Part shown: positions 49,701 through 64,000 of the stretch, piece by piece
Numbering within the stretch: the first letter of the stretch is position 1
Layout of the letters: each line of letters starts with the position of its first letter
Origin: Eledone cirrhosa
Lineage: Eukaryota
Direction: 5' to 3'
NCBI GenBank assembly: GCA_964016885.1
Contig: OZ024748.1
Coordinates: 40,796,001-40,860,000, forward strand
DNA length: 64,000 bases
The notes under the pieces: generated by a model
What the model saw: the letters and a program-made list of their open reading frames with translations, nothing else
What the model was told of the DNA's origin: nothing
Databases searched by the model: none
Position numbers and translations under genes: made by a program

Positions 49701-52700
49701 GTCGTGTTGTAGGATTGAACCTAACATTGACAAGGCACGACATGACACTTTCCCAAGATGTCGTGTTGTAGGATTGAACCTACCATTGACAAGGCACGAC
49801 ATGACACTTTCCCAAGATGTCGTCTTGTAGCATTGAACCTACCATTGACAAGGCACGACATGACACTTTCCCAAGATGTCGTCTTGTAGCATTGAACCTA
49901 CCATTGACAAGGCATGACATGACACTTTCCCAAGATGTCATGTTGTAGGATTGACCCTACCATTGATAAGGCACGACATGACACTTTCCCAAGATGTCAT
50001 GTTGTAGGATTGACCCTACCATTGACAAGGCACGACATGACACTTTCCCAAGATGTCGTGTTGTAGGATTGAACCTAACATTGACAAGGCATGACATGAC
50101 ACTTTCCCAACATTGACAAGGCACGACATGACACTTTCCCAAGATGTTGTGTTGTAGGATTGAACCTAACATTGACAAGGTATGACATGACACTTTCCCA
50201 AGATGTCGTGTTGTAGGATTGAACCTAACATTGACAAGGCACGACATGACACTTTCCCAAGATGTCGTGTTGTAGGATTGAACCTAACATTGACAAGGCA
50301 TGACATGACACTTTCCCAACATTGACAAGGCACGACATGACACTTTCCCAAGATGTTGTGTTGTAGGATTGAACCTAACATTGACAAGGCATGACATGAC
50401 ACTTTCCCAAGATGTCGTGTTGTAGGATTGAACCTAACATTGACAAGGCACGACATGACACTTTCCCAAGATGTCGTGTTGTAGGATTGAACCTAACATT
50501 GACAAGGCACGACATGACACTTTCCCAAGATGTCGTGTTGTAGGATTGAACCTACCATTGACAAGGCACGACATGACACTTTCCCAAGATGTCGTGTTGT
50601 AGGATTGACCCTAACATTGTCGTGTTGTAGGATTGAACCTAACATTGTCGTGTTGTAGGATTGAACCTAACATTGACAAGGCACATGACACTTTCCCAAG
50701 ATGTCGTGTTGTAGGATTGAACCTAACATTGTCGTGTTGTAGGATTGAACCTACCATTGACAAGGCACATGACACTTTCCCAAGATGTCGTGTTGTAGGA
50801 TTGAATCTACCATTGACAAGGCACGACATGACACTTTCCCAAGATGTTGTGTTGTAGAATTGACCCTACCATTGACAAGGCACGACATGACACTTTCCCA
50901 AGATGTCGTGTTGTAGGATTGAACCTACCATTGACAAGGCACGACATGACACTTTCCCAAGATGTTGTGTTGTAGGATTGAACCTACCATTGACAAGGCA
51001 CGACATGACACTTTCCCAAGATGTCGTGTTGTAGGATTGAACCTAACATTGACAAGGCACGACATGACACTTTCCCAACAAGATGTCGTGTTGTAGGATT
51101 GACCCTACCATTGACAAGGCACGACATGACACTTTCCCAAGATGTCATGTTGTAGGATTGAACCTAACATTGACAAGGCATGACATGACACTTTCCCAAC
51201 AAGATGTCGTGTTGTAGGATTGACCCTACCATTGACAAGGCACGACATGACACTTTCCCAAGATGTTGTGTTGTAGAATTGACCGTACCATTGACAAGGC
51301 ATGACATGACACTTTCCCAAGATGTCGTGTTGTAGCATTGAACCTACCATTGACAAGGCACGACATGACACTTTCCCAAGATGTCGTGTTGTAGGATTGA
51401 CCCTAACATTGACAAGGCACGACATGACACTTTCCCAAGATGTCGTGTTGTAGGATTGAACCTAACATTGACAAGGCACGACATGACACTTTCCCAAGAT
51501 GTCGTGTTGTAGGATTGAACCTACCATTGACAAGGCACGACATGACACTTTCCCAAGATGTCGTCTTGTAGCATTGAACCTACCATTGACAAGGCACGAC
51601 ATGACACTTTCCCAAGATGTCGTCTTGTAGCATTGAACCTACCATTGACAAGGCACGACATGACACTTTCCCAAGATGTCATGTTGTAGGATTGACCCTA
51701 CCATTGATAAGGCACGACATGACACTTTCCCAAGATGTCATGTTGTAGGATTGACCCTACCATTGACAAGGCACGACATGACACTTTCCCAAGATGTCGT
51801 GTTGTAGGATTGAACCTAACATTGACAAGGCATGACATGACACTTTCCCAACATTGACAAGGCACGACATGACACTTTCCCAAGATGTTGTGTTGTAGGA
51901 TTGAACCTAACATTGACAAGGCATGACATGACACTTTCCCAAGATGTCGTGTTGTAGGATTGAACCTAACATTGACAAGGCACGACATGACACTTTCCCA
52001 AGATGTCGTGTTGTAGGATTGAACCTAACATTGACAAGGCACGACATGACACTTTCCCAAGATGTCGTGTTGTAGGATTGAACCTACCATTGACAAGGCA
52101 CGACATGACACTTTCCCAAGATGTCGTGTTGTAGGATTGACCCTAACATTGACAAGGCACGACATGACACTTTCCCAAGATGTCGTGTTGTAGGATTGAA
52201 CCTAACATTGACAAGGCACGACATGACACTTTCCCAAGATGTCGTGTTGTAGGATTGAACCTACCATTGACAAGGCACGACATGACACTTTCCCAAGATG
52301 TCGTCTTGTAGCATTGAACCTACCATTGACAAGGCACGACATGACACTTTCCCAAGATGTCGTCTTGTAGCATTGGACCTACCATTGACAAGGCATGACA
52401 TGACACTTTCCCAAGATGTCATGTTGTAGGATTGACCCTACCATTGATAAGGCACGACATGACACTTTCCCAAGATGTCATGTTGTAGGATTGACCCTAC
52501 CATTGACAAGGCACGACATGACACTTTCCCAAGATGTCGTGTTGTAGGATTGAACCTAACATTGACAAGGCATGACATGACACTTTCCCAACATTGACAA
52601 GGCACGACATGACACTTTCCCAAGATGTTGTGTTGTAGGATTGAACCTAACATTGACAAGGCATGACATGACACTTTCCCAAGATGTCGTGTTGTAGGAT

Positions 52701-55700
52701 TGAACCTAACATTGACAAGGCACGACATGACACTTTCCCAAGATGTCGTGTTGTAGGATTGAACCTAACATTGACAAGGCATGACATGACACTTTCCCAA
52801 CATTGACAAGGCACGACATGACACTTTCCCAAGATGTTGTGTTGTAGGATTGAACCTAACATTGACAAGGCATGACATGACACTTTCCCAAGATGTCGTG
52901 TTGTAGGATTGAACCTAACATTGACAAGGCACGACATGACACTTTCCCAAGATGTCGTGTTGTAGGATTGAACCTAACATTGACAAGGCACGACATGACA
53001 CTTTCCCAAGATGTCGTGTTGTAGGATTGAACCTACCATTGACAAGGCACGACATGACACTTTCCCAAGATGTCGTGTTGTAGGATTGACCCTAACATTG
53101 TCGTGTTGTAGGATTGAACCTAACATTGTCGTGTTGTAGGATTGAACCTAACATTGACAAGGCACATGACACTTTCCCAAGATGTCGTGTTGTAGGATTG
53201 AACCTAACATTGTCGTGTTGTAGGATTGAACCTACCATTGACAAGGCACATGACACTTTCCCAAGATGTCGTGTTGTAGGATTGAACCTACCATTGACAA
53301 GGCACGACATGACACTTTCCCAAGATGTTGTGTTGTAGAATTGACCCTACCATTGACAAGGCACGACATGACACTTTCCCAAGATGTCGTGTTGTAGCAT
53401 TGAACCTACCATTGACAAGGCACGACATGACACTTTCCCAAGATGTCGTGTTGTAGGATTGACCCTAACATTGACAAGGCACGACATGACACTTTCCCAA
53501 GATGTCGTGTTGTAGGATTGAACCTAACATTGACAAGGCACGACATGACACTTTCCCAAGATGTCGTGTTGTAGGATTGAACCTACCATTGACAAGGCAC
53601 GACATGACACTTTCCCAAGATGTCGTCTTGTAGCATTGAACCTACCATTGACAAGGCACGACATGACACTTTCCCAAGATGTCGTCTTGTAGCATTGAAC
53701 CTACCATTGACAAGGCACGACATGACACTTTCCCAAGATGTTGTGTTGTAGGATTGAACCTAACATTGACAAGGCATGACATGACACTTTCCCAAGATGT
53801 CATGTTGTAGGATTGACCCTACCATTGATAAGGCACGACATGACACTTTCCCAAGATGTCATGTTGTAGGATTGACCCTACCATTGACAAGGCACGACAT
53901 GACACTTTCCCAAGATGTCGTGTTGTAGGATTGAACCTAACATTGACAAGGCATGACATGACACTTTCCCAACATTGACAAGGCACGACATGACACTTTC
54001 CCAAGATGTTGTGTTGTAGGATTGAACCTAACATTGACAAGGCATGACATGACACTTTCCCAAGATGTCGTGTTGTAGGATTGAACCTAACATTGACAAG
54101 GCACGACATGACACTTTCCCAAGATGTCGTGTTGTAGGATTGAACCTAACATTGACAAGGCATAACATGACACTTTCCCAACATTGACAAGGCACGACAT
54201 GACACTTTCCCAAGATGTTGTGTTGTAGGATTGAACCTAACATTGACAAGGCATGACATGACACTTTCCCAAGATGTCGTGTTGTAGGATTGAATCTAAC
54301 ATTGACAAGGCACGACATGACATTTTCCCAAGATGTCGTGTTGTAGGATTGAACCTAACATTGACAAGGCACGACATGACACTTTCCCAAGATGTCGTGT
54401 TGTAGGATTGAACCTACCATTGACAAGGCACGACATGACACTTTCCCAAGATGTCGTGTTGTAGGATTGACCCTAACATTGTCGTGTTGTAGGATTGAAC
54501 CTAACATTGTCGTGTTGTAGGATTGAACCTAACATTGACAAGGCCCATGACACTTTCCCAAGATGTCGTGTTGTAGGATTGAACCTAACATTGTCGTGTT
54601 GTAGGATTGAACCTACCATTGACAAGGCACATGACACTTTCCCAAGATGTCGTGTTGTAGGATTGAACCTAACATTGACAAGGCACGACATGACACTTTC
54701 CCAACAAGATGTCGTGTTGTAGGATTGACCCTACCATTGACAAGGCACGACATGACACTTTCCCAAGATGTCATGTTGTAGGATTGAACCTAACATTGAC
54801 AAGGCATGACATGACACTTTCCCAACAAGATGTCGTGTTGTAGGATTGACCCTACCATTGACAAGGCACGACATGACACTTTCCCAAGATGTCATGTTGT
54901 AGCATTGAACCTACCATTGACAAGGCACGACATGACACTTTCCCAAGATGTTGTGTTGTAGGATTGACTCAAAGATTGACAAGGCACGACATGACACTTT
55001 CCCAAGATGTCGTGTTGTAGGATTGAACCTACCATTGACAAGGCACGACATGACACTTTCCCAAGATGTCGTGTTGTAGAATTGACCGTACCATTGACAA
55101 GGCACGACATGACACTTTCCCAAGATGTCGTGTTGTAGCATTGAACCTACCATTGACAAGGCACGACATGACACTTTCCCAAGATGTCGTGTTGTAGGAT
55201 TGACCCTAACATTGACAAGGCACGACATGACACTTTCCCAAGATGTCGTGTTGTAGGATTGAACCTAACATTGACAAGGCATGACATGACACTTTCCCAA
55301 CATTGACAAGGCACGACATGACACTTTCCCAAGATGTTGTGTTGTAGGATTGAACCTAACATTGACAAGGCATGACATGACACTTTCCCAAGATGTCGTG
55401 TTGTAGGATTGAACCTAACATTGACAAGGCACGACATGACACTTTCCCAAGATGTCGTGTTGTAGGATTGAACCTAACATTGACAAGGCACGACATGACA
55501 CTTTCCCAAGATGTCGTGTTGTAGGATTGAACCTACCATTGACAAGGCACGACATGACACTTTCCCAAGATGTCGTGTTGTAGGATTGACCCTAACATTG
55601 ACAAGGCACGACATGACACTTTCCCAAGATGTCGTGTTGTAGGATTGAACCTAACATTGACAAGGCACGACATGACACTTTCCCAAGATGTCGTGTTGTA

Positions 55701-58700
55701 GGATTGAACCTACCATTGACAAGGCACGACATGACACTTTCCCAAGATGTCGTCTTGTAGCATTGAACCTACCATTGACAAGGCACGACATGACACTTTC
55801 CCAAGATGTCGTCTTGTAGCATTGGACCTACCATTGACAAGGCATGACATGACACTTTCCCAAGATGTCATGTTGTAGGATTGACCCTACCATTGATAAG
55901 GCACGACATGACACTTTCCCAAGATGTCATGTTGTAGGATTGACCCTACCATTGACAAGGCACGACATGACACTTTCCCAAGATGTCGTGTTGTAGGATT
56001 GAACCTAACATTGACAAGGCATGACATGACACTTTCCCAACATTGACAAGGCACGACATGACACTTTCCCAAGATGTTGTGTTGTAGGATTGAACCTAAC
56101 ATTGACAAGGCATGACATGACACTTTCCCAAGATGTCGTGTTGTAGGATTGAACCTAACATTGACAAGGCACGACATGACACTTTCCCAAGATGTCGTGT
56201 TGTAGGATTGAACCTAACATTGACAAGGCATGACATGACACTTTCCCAACATTGACAAGGCACGACATGACACTTTCCCAAGATGTTGTGTTGTAGGATT
56301 GAACCTAACATTGACAAGGCATGACATGACACTTTCCCAAGATGTCGTGTTGTAGGATTGAACCTAACATTGACAAGGCACGACATGACACTTTCCCAAG
56401 ATGTCGTGTTGTAGGATTGAACCTAACATTGACAAGGCACGACATGACACTTTCCCAAGATGTCGTGTTGTAGGATTGAACCTACCATTGACAAGGCACG
56501 ACATGACACTTTCCCAAGATGTCGTGTTGTAGGATTGACCCTAACATTGTCGTGTTGTAGGATTGAACCTAACATTGTCGTGTTGTAGGATTGAACCTAA
56601 CATTGACAAGGCACATGACACTTTCCCAAGATGTCGTGTTGTAGGATTGAACCTAACATTGTCGTGTTGTAGGATTGAACCTACCATTGACAAGGCACAT
56701 GACACTTTCCCAAGATGTCGTGTTGTAGGATTGAACCTACCATTGACAAGGCACGACATGACACTTTCCCAAGATGTTGTGTTGTAGAATTGACCCTACC
56801 ATTGACAAGGCACGACATGACACTTTCCCAAGATGTCGTGTTGTAGCATTGAACCTACCATTGACAAGGCACGACATGACACTTTCCCAAGATGTCGTGT
56901 TGTAGGATTGACCCTAACATTGACAAGGCACGACATGACACTTTCCCAAGATGTCGTGTTGTAGGATTGAACCTAACATTGACAAGGCACGACATGACAC
57001 TTTCCCAAGATGTCGTGTTGTAGGATTGAACCTACCATTGACAAGGCACGACATGACACTTTCCCAAGATGTCGTCTTGTAGCATTGAACCTACCATTGA
57101 CAAGGCACGACATGACACTTTCCCAAGATGTCGTCTTGTAGCATTGAACCTACCATTGACAAGGCACGACATGACACTTTCCCAAGATGTTGTGTTGTAG
57201 GATTGAACCTAACATTGACAAGGCATGACATGACACTTTCCCAAGATGTCATGTTGTAGGATTGACCCTACCATTGATAAGGCACGACATGACACTTTCC
57301 CAAGATGTCATGTTGTAGGATTGACCCTACCATTGACAAGGCACGACATGACACTTTCCCAAGATGTCGTGTTGTAGGATTGAACCTAACATTGACAAGG
57401 CATGACATGACACTTTCCCAACATTGACAAGGCACGACATGACACTTTCCCAAGATGTTGTGTTGTAGGATTGAACCTAACATTGACAAGGCATGACATG
57501 ACACTTTCCCAAGATGTCGTGTTGTAGGATTGAACCTAACATTGACAAGGCACGACATGACACTTTCCCAAGATGTCGTGTTGTAGGATTGAACCTAACA
57601 TTGACAAGGCATAACATGACACTTTCCCAACATTGACAAGGCACGACATGACACTTTCCCAAGATGTTGTGTTGTAGGATTGAACCTAACATTGACAAGG
57701 CATGACATGACACTTTCCCAAGATGTCGTGTTGTAGGATTGAATCTAACATTGACAAGGCACGACATGACATTTTCCCAAGATGTCGTGTTGTAGGATTG
57801 AACCTAACATTGACAAGGCACGACATGACACTTTCCCAAGATGTCGTGTTGTAGGATTGAACCTACCATTGACAAGGCACGACATGACACTTTCCCAAGA
57901 TGTCGTGTTGTAGGATTGACCCTAACATTGTCGTGTTGTAGGATTGAACCTAACATTGTCGTGTTGTAGGATTGAACCTAACATTGACAAGGCCCATGAC
58001 ACTTTCCCAAGATGTCGTGTTGTAGGATTGAACCTAACATTGTCGTGTTGTAGGATTGAACCTACCATTGACAAGGCACATGACACTTTCCCAAGATGTC
58101 GTGTTGTAGGATTGAACCTAACATTGACAAGGCACGACATGACACTTTCCCAACAAGATGTCGTGTTGTAGGATTGACCCTACCATTGACAAGGCACGAC
58201 ATGACACTTTCCCAAGATGTCATGTTGTAGGATTGAACCTAACATTGACAAGGCATGACATGACACTTTCCCAACAAGATGTCGTGTTGTAGGATTGACC
58301 CTACCATTGACAAGGCACGACATGACACTTTCCCAAGATGTCATGTTGTAGCATTGAACCTACCATTGACAAGGCACGACATGACACTTTCCCAAGATGT
58401 TGTGTTGTAGGATTGACTCAAAGATTGACAAGGCACGACATGACACTTTCCCAAGATGTCGTGTTGTAGGATTGAACCTACCATTGACAAGGCACGACAT
58501 GACACTTTCCCAAGATGTCGTGTTGTAGAATTGACCGTACCATTGACAAGGCACGACATGACACTTTCCCAAGATGTCGTGTTGTAGCATTGAACCTACC
58601 ATTGACAAGGCACGACATGACACTTTCCCAAGATGTCGTGTTGTAGGATTGACCCTAACATTGACAAGGCACGACATGACACTTTCCCAAGATGTCGTGT

Positions 58701-61700
58701 TGTAGGATTGAACCTAACATTGACAAGGCACGACATGACACTTTCCCAAGATGTCGTGTTGTAGGATTGAACCTACCATTGACAAGGCACGACATGACAC
58801 TTTCCCAAGATGTCGTCTTGTAGCATTGAACCTACCATTGACAAGGCACGACATGACACTTTCCCAAGATGTCGTCTTGTAGCATTGAACCTACCATTGA
58901 CAAGGCACGACATGACACTTTCCCAAGATGTTGTGTTGTAGGATTGAACCTAACATTGACAAGGCATGACATGACACTTTCCCAAGATGTCATGTTGTAG
59001 GATTGACCCTACCATTGATAAGGCACGACATGACACTTTCCCAAGATGTCATGTTGTAGGATTGACCCTACCATTGACAAGGCACGACATGACACTTTCC
59101 CAAGATGTCGTGTTGTAGGATTGAACCTAACATTGACAAGGCATGACATGACACTTTCCCAACATTGACAAGGCACGACATGACACTTTCCCAAGATGTT
59201 GTGTTGTAGGATTGAACCTAACATTGACAAGGCATGACATGACACTTTCCCAAGATGTCGTGTTGTAGGATTGAACCTAACATTGACAAGGCACGACATG
59301 ACACTTTCCCAAGATGTCGTGTTGTAGGATTGAACCTAACATTGACAAGGCATGACATGACACTTTCCCAACATTGACAAGGCACGACATGACACTTTCC
59401 CAAGATGTTGTGTTGTAGGATTGAACCTAACATTGACAAGGCATGACATGACACTTTCCCAAGATGTCGTGTTGTAGGATTGAACCTAACATTGACAAGG
59501 CACGACATGACATTTTCCCAAGATGTCGTGTTGTAGGATTGAACCTAACATTGACAAGGCACGACATGACACTTTCCCAAGATGTTGTGTTGTAGGATTG
59601 AACCTAACATTATCGTGTTGTAGGATTGAACCTAACATTGACAAGGCACATGACACTTTCCCAAGATGTCGTGTTGTAGGATTGAACCTAACATTGTCGT
59701 GTTGTAGGATTGAACCTACCATTGACAAGGCACATGACACTTTCCCAAGATGTCGTGTTGTAGGATTGAACCTAACATTGACAAGGCACGACATGACACT
59801 TTCCCAACAAGATGTCGTGTTGTAGGATTGACCCTACCATTGACAAGGCACGACATGACACTTTCCCAAGATGTCATGTTGTAGGATTGAACCTAACATT
59901 GACAAGGCATGACATGACACTTTCCCAACAAGATGTCGTGTTGTAGGATTGACCCTACCATTGACAAGGCACGACATGACACTTTCCCAAGATGTCATGT
60001 TGTAGGATTGAACCTAACATTGACAAGGCATGACATGACACTTTCCCAACAAGATGTCGTGTTGTAGCATTGAACCTACCATTGACAAGGCACGACATGA
60101 CACTTTCCCAAGATGTTGTGTTGTAGGATTGACTCTAAGATTGACAAGGCACGACATGACACTTTCCCAAGATGTCGTGTTGTAGGATTGAACCTACCAT
60201 TGACAAGGCACGACATGACACTTTCCCAAGATGTCGTGTTGTAGGATTGACCCTACCATTGACAAGGCATGACATGACACTTTCCCAAGATGTCGTGTTG
60301 TAGGATTGACTCTAAGATTGACAAGGCACGACATGACACTTTCCCAAGATGTCGTGTTGTAGGATTGACCCTACCATTGACAAGGCACGACATGACACTT
60401 TCCCAAGATGTCGTGTTGTAGGATTGAACCTACCATTGACAAGGCACGACATGACACTTTCCCAAGATGTCGTGTTGTAGGATTGAACCTACCATTGACA
60501 AGGCACGACATGACACTTTCCCAAGATGTCGTGTTGTAGCATTGAACCTACCATTGACAAGGCACGACATGACACTTTCCCAAGATGTTGTGTTGTAGAA
60601 TTGACCGTACCATTGACAAGGCACGACATGACACTTTCCCAAGATGTCGTGTTGTAGGATTGAACCTACCATTGACAAGGCACGACATGACACTTTCCCA
60701 AGATGTTGTGTTGTAGGATTGAACCTACCATTGACAAGGCACGACATGACACTTTCCCAAGATGTCGTGTTGTAGGATTGAACCTAACATTGTCGTGTTG
60801 TAGGATTGAACCTACCATTGACAAGGCACATGACACTTTCCCAAGATGTCGTGTTGTAGGATTGAACCTACCATTGACAAGGCACGACATGACACTTTCC
60901 CAAGATGTCGTGTTGTAGCATTGAACCTACCATTGACAAGGCACGACATGACACTTTCCCAAGATGTCGTGTTGTAGGATTGACCCTAACATTGACAAGG
61001 CACGACATGACACTTTCCCAAGATGTCGTGTTGTAGGATTGAACCTAACATTGACAAGGCACGACATGACACTTTCCCAAGATGTCGTGTTGTAGGATTG
61101 AACCTACCATTGACAAGGCACGACATGACACTTTCCCAAGATGTCGTCTTGTAGCATTGAACCTACCATTGACAAGGCACGACATGACACTTTCCCAAGA
61201 TGTCGTCTTGTAGCATTGAACCTACCATTGACAAGGCACGACATGACACTTTCCCAAGATGTTGTGTTGTAGGATTGAACCTAACATTGACAAGGCATGA
61301 CATGACACTTTCCCAAGATGTCATGTTGTAGGATTGACCCTACCATTGATAAGGCACGACATGACACTTTCCCAAGATGTCATGTTGTAGGATTGACCCT
61401 ACCATTGACAAGGCACGACATGACACTTTCCCAAGATGTCGTGTTGTAGGATTGAACCTAACATTGACAAGGCATGACATGACACTTTCCCAACATTGAC
61501 AAGGCACGACATGACACTTTCCCAAGATGTTGTGTTGTAGGATTGAACCTAACATTGACAAGGCATGACATGACACTTTCCCAAGATGTCGTGTTGTAGG
61601 ATTGAACCTAACATTGACAAGGCACGACATGACACTTTCCCAAGATGTCGTGTTGTAGGATTGAACCTAACATTGACAAGGCATGACATGACACTTTCCC

Positions 61701-64000
61701 AACATTGACAAGGCACGACATGACACTTTCCCAAGATGTTGTGTTGTAGGATTGAACCTAACATTGACAAGGCATGACATGACACTTTCCCAAGATGTCG
61801 TGTTGTAGGATTGAATCTAACATTGACAAGGCACGACATGACATTTTCCCAAGATGTCGTGTTGTAGGATTGAACCTACCATTGACAAGGCACGACATGA
61901 CACTTTCCCAAGATGTCGTGTTGTAGGATTGACCCTAACATTGTCGTGTTGTAGGATTGCACCTAACATTGTCGTGTTGTAGGATTGAACCTAACATTGA
62001 CAAGGCCCATGACACTTTCCCAAGATGTCGTGTTGTAGGATTGAACCTAACATTGTCGTGTTGTAGGATTGAACCTACCATTGACAAGGCACATGACACT
62101 TTCCCAAGATGTCGTGTTGTAGGATTGAACCTAACATTGACAAGGCACGACATGACACTTTCCCAACAAGATGTCGTGTTGTAGGATTGACCCTACCATT
62201 GACAAGGCACGACATGACACTTTCCCAAGATGTCATGTTGTAGGATTGAACCTAACATTGACAAGGCATGACATGACACTTTCCCAACAAGATGTCGTGT
62301 TGTAGGATTGACCCTACCATTGACAAGGCACGACATGACACTTTCCCAAGATGTCATGTTGTAGGATTGAACCTAACATTGACAAGGCATGACATGACAC
62401 TTTCCCAACAAGATGTCGTGTTGTAGCATTGAACCTACCATTGACAAGGCACGACATGACACTTTCCCAAGATGTTGTGTTGTAGGATTGACTCTAAGAT
62501 TGACAAGGCACGACATGACACTTTCCCAAGATGTCGTGTTGTAGGATTGAGACTACCATTGACAAGGCACGACATGACACTTTCCCAAGATGTCGTGTTG
62601 TAGAATTGACCGTACCATTGACAAGGCACGACATGACACTTTCCCAAGATGTCGTGTTGTAGCATTGAACCTACCATTGACAAGGCACGACATGACACTT
62701 TCCCAAGATGTCGTGTTGTAGGATTGACCCTAACATTGACAAGGCACGACATGACACTTTCCCAAGATGTCGTGTTGTAGGATTGAACCTAACATTGACA
62801 AGGCACGACATGACACTTTCCCAAGATGTCGTGTTGTAGGATTGAACCTACCATTGACAAGGCACGACATGACACTTTCCCAAGATGTCGTCTTGTAGCA
62901 TTGAACCTACCATTGACAAGGCACGACATGACACTTTCCCAAGATGTCGTCTTGTAGCATTGAACCTACCATTGACAAGGCACGACATGACACTTTCCCA
63001 AGATGTTGTGTTGTAGGATTGAACCTAACATTGACAAGGCATGACATGACACTTTCCCAAGATGTCATGTTGTAGGATTGACCCTACCATTGATAAGGCA
63101 CGACATGACACTTTCCCAAGATGTCATGTTGTAGGATTGACCCTACCATTGACAAGGCACGACATGACACTTTCCCAAGATGTCGTGTTGTAGGATTGAA
63201 CCTAACATTGACAAGGCATGACATGACACTTTCCCAACATTGACAAGGCACGACATGACACTTTCCCAAGATGTGTTGTAGGATTGAACCTAACATTGAC
63301 AAGGCATGACATGACACTTTCCCAAGATGTCGTGTTGTAGGATTGAACCTAACATTGACAAGGCACGACATGACACTTTCCCAAGATGTCGTGTTGTAGG
63401 ATTGAACCTAACATTGACAAGGCATGACATGACACTTTCCCAACATTGACAAGGCACGACATGACACTTTCCCAAGATGTTGTGTTGTAGGATTGAACCT
63501 AACATTGACAAGGCATGACATGACACTTTCCCAAGATGTCGTGTTGTAGGATTGAACCTAACATTGACAAGGCACGACATGACATTTTCCCAAGATGTCG
63601 TGTTGTAGGATTGAACCTAACATTGACAAGGCACGACATGACACTTTCCCAAGATGTTGTGTTGTAGGATTGAACCTAACATTATCGTGTTGTAGGATTG
63701 AACCTAACATTGACAAGGCACATGACACTTTCCCAAGATGTCGTGTTGTAGGATTGAACCTAACATTGTCGTGTTGTAGGATTGAACCTGCCATTGACAA
63801 GGCACATGACACTTTCCCAAGATGTCGTGTTGTAGGATTGAACCTAACATTGACAAGGCACGACATGACACTTTCCCAACAAGATGTCGTGTTGTAGGAT
63901 TGACCCTACCATTGACAAGGCACGACATGACACTTTCCCAAGATGTGATGTTGTAGGATTGAACCTAACATTGACAAGGCATGACATGACACTTTCCCAA
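40765..64000. repeat. 59-bp satellite (AACCTAMCATTGACAAGGCACGACATGACACTTTCCCAAGATGTCGTGTTGTAGGATTG), roughly 400 units, with 28/32/56/62-bp variants and higher-order repeats; runs off the right edge
   Basis: Direct periodicity; every ORF listed beyond 41 kb is a translation of this unit. Confidence 0.99.

Noticed and set aside
41005-63928. Dozens of Cys/His-rich ORFs (MSCLVNVRFNPTTRHLGKVSC...)
   Set aside because: Translations of the 59-bp satellite in rotating frames; the unit is not a multiple of 3 and there is no zinc-finger spacing.

Overview
Animal genomic DNA, probably a coleoid cephalopod (Octopus-like, inferred only from the look of the SINE and RTE repeats). The window holds the middle of one minus-strand gene, a p120 RasGAP/RASA1 orthologue. 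I reconstructed 14 GT-AG exons by hand (40457 down to 14670; 1608 nt, 536 codons, frame continuous) encoding the PH, C2 and RasGAP domains. The N-terminal SH2-SH3-SH2 exons and the last exons lie outside the window. About 80% of the window is tandem repeat, and nearly every large intron carries its own unrelated satellite (25, 40, 36, 46, 24, 37, 41, 35, 43, 44, 19 and 59 bp units). Several of these visibly grew out of SINE or MITE segments. The most notable observation is in one satellite-free intron (35199-38918): six minimal type I hammerhead ribozyme motifs of four sequence types, all with the same TATATATA helix III, five of them associated with long inverted repeats, as expected for Penelope-like element or retrozyme relics. 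Almost all ORFs in the supplied track are repeat artefacts.
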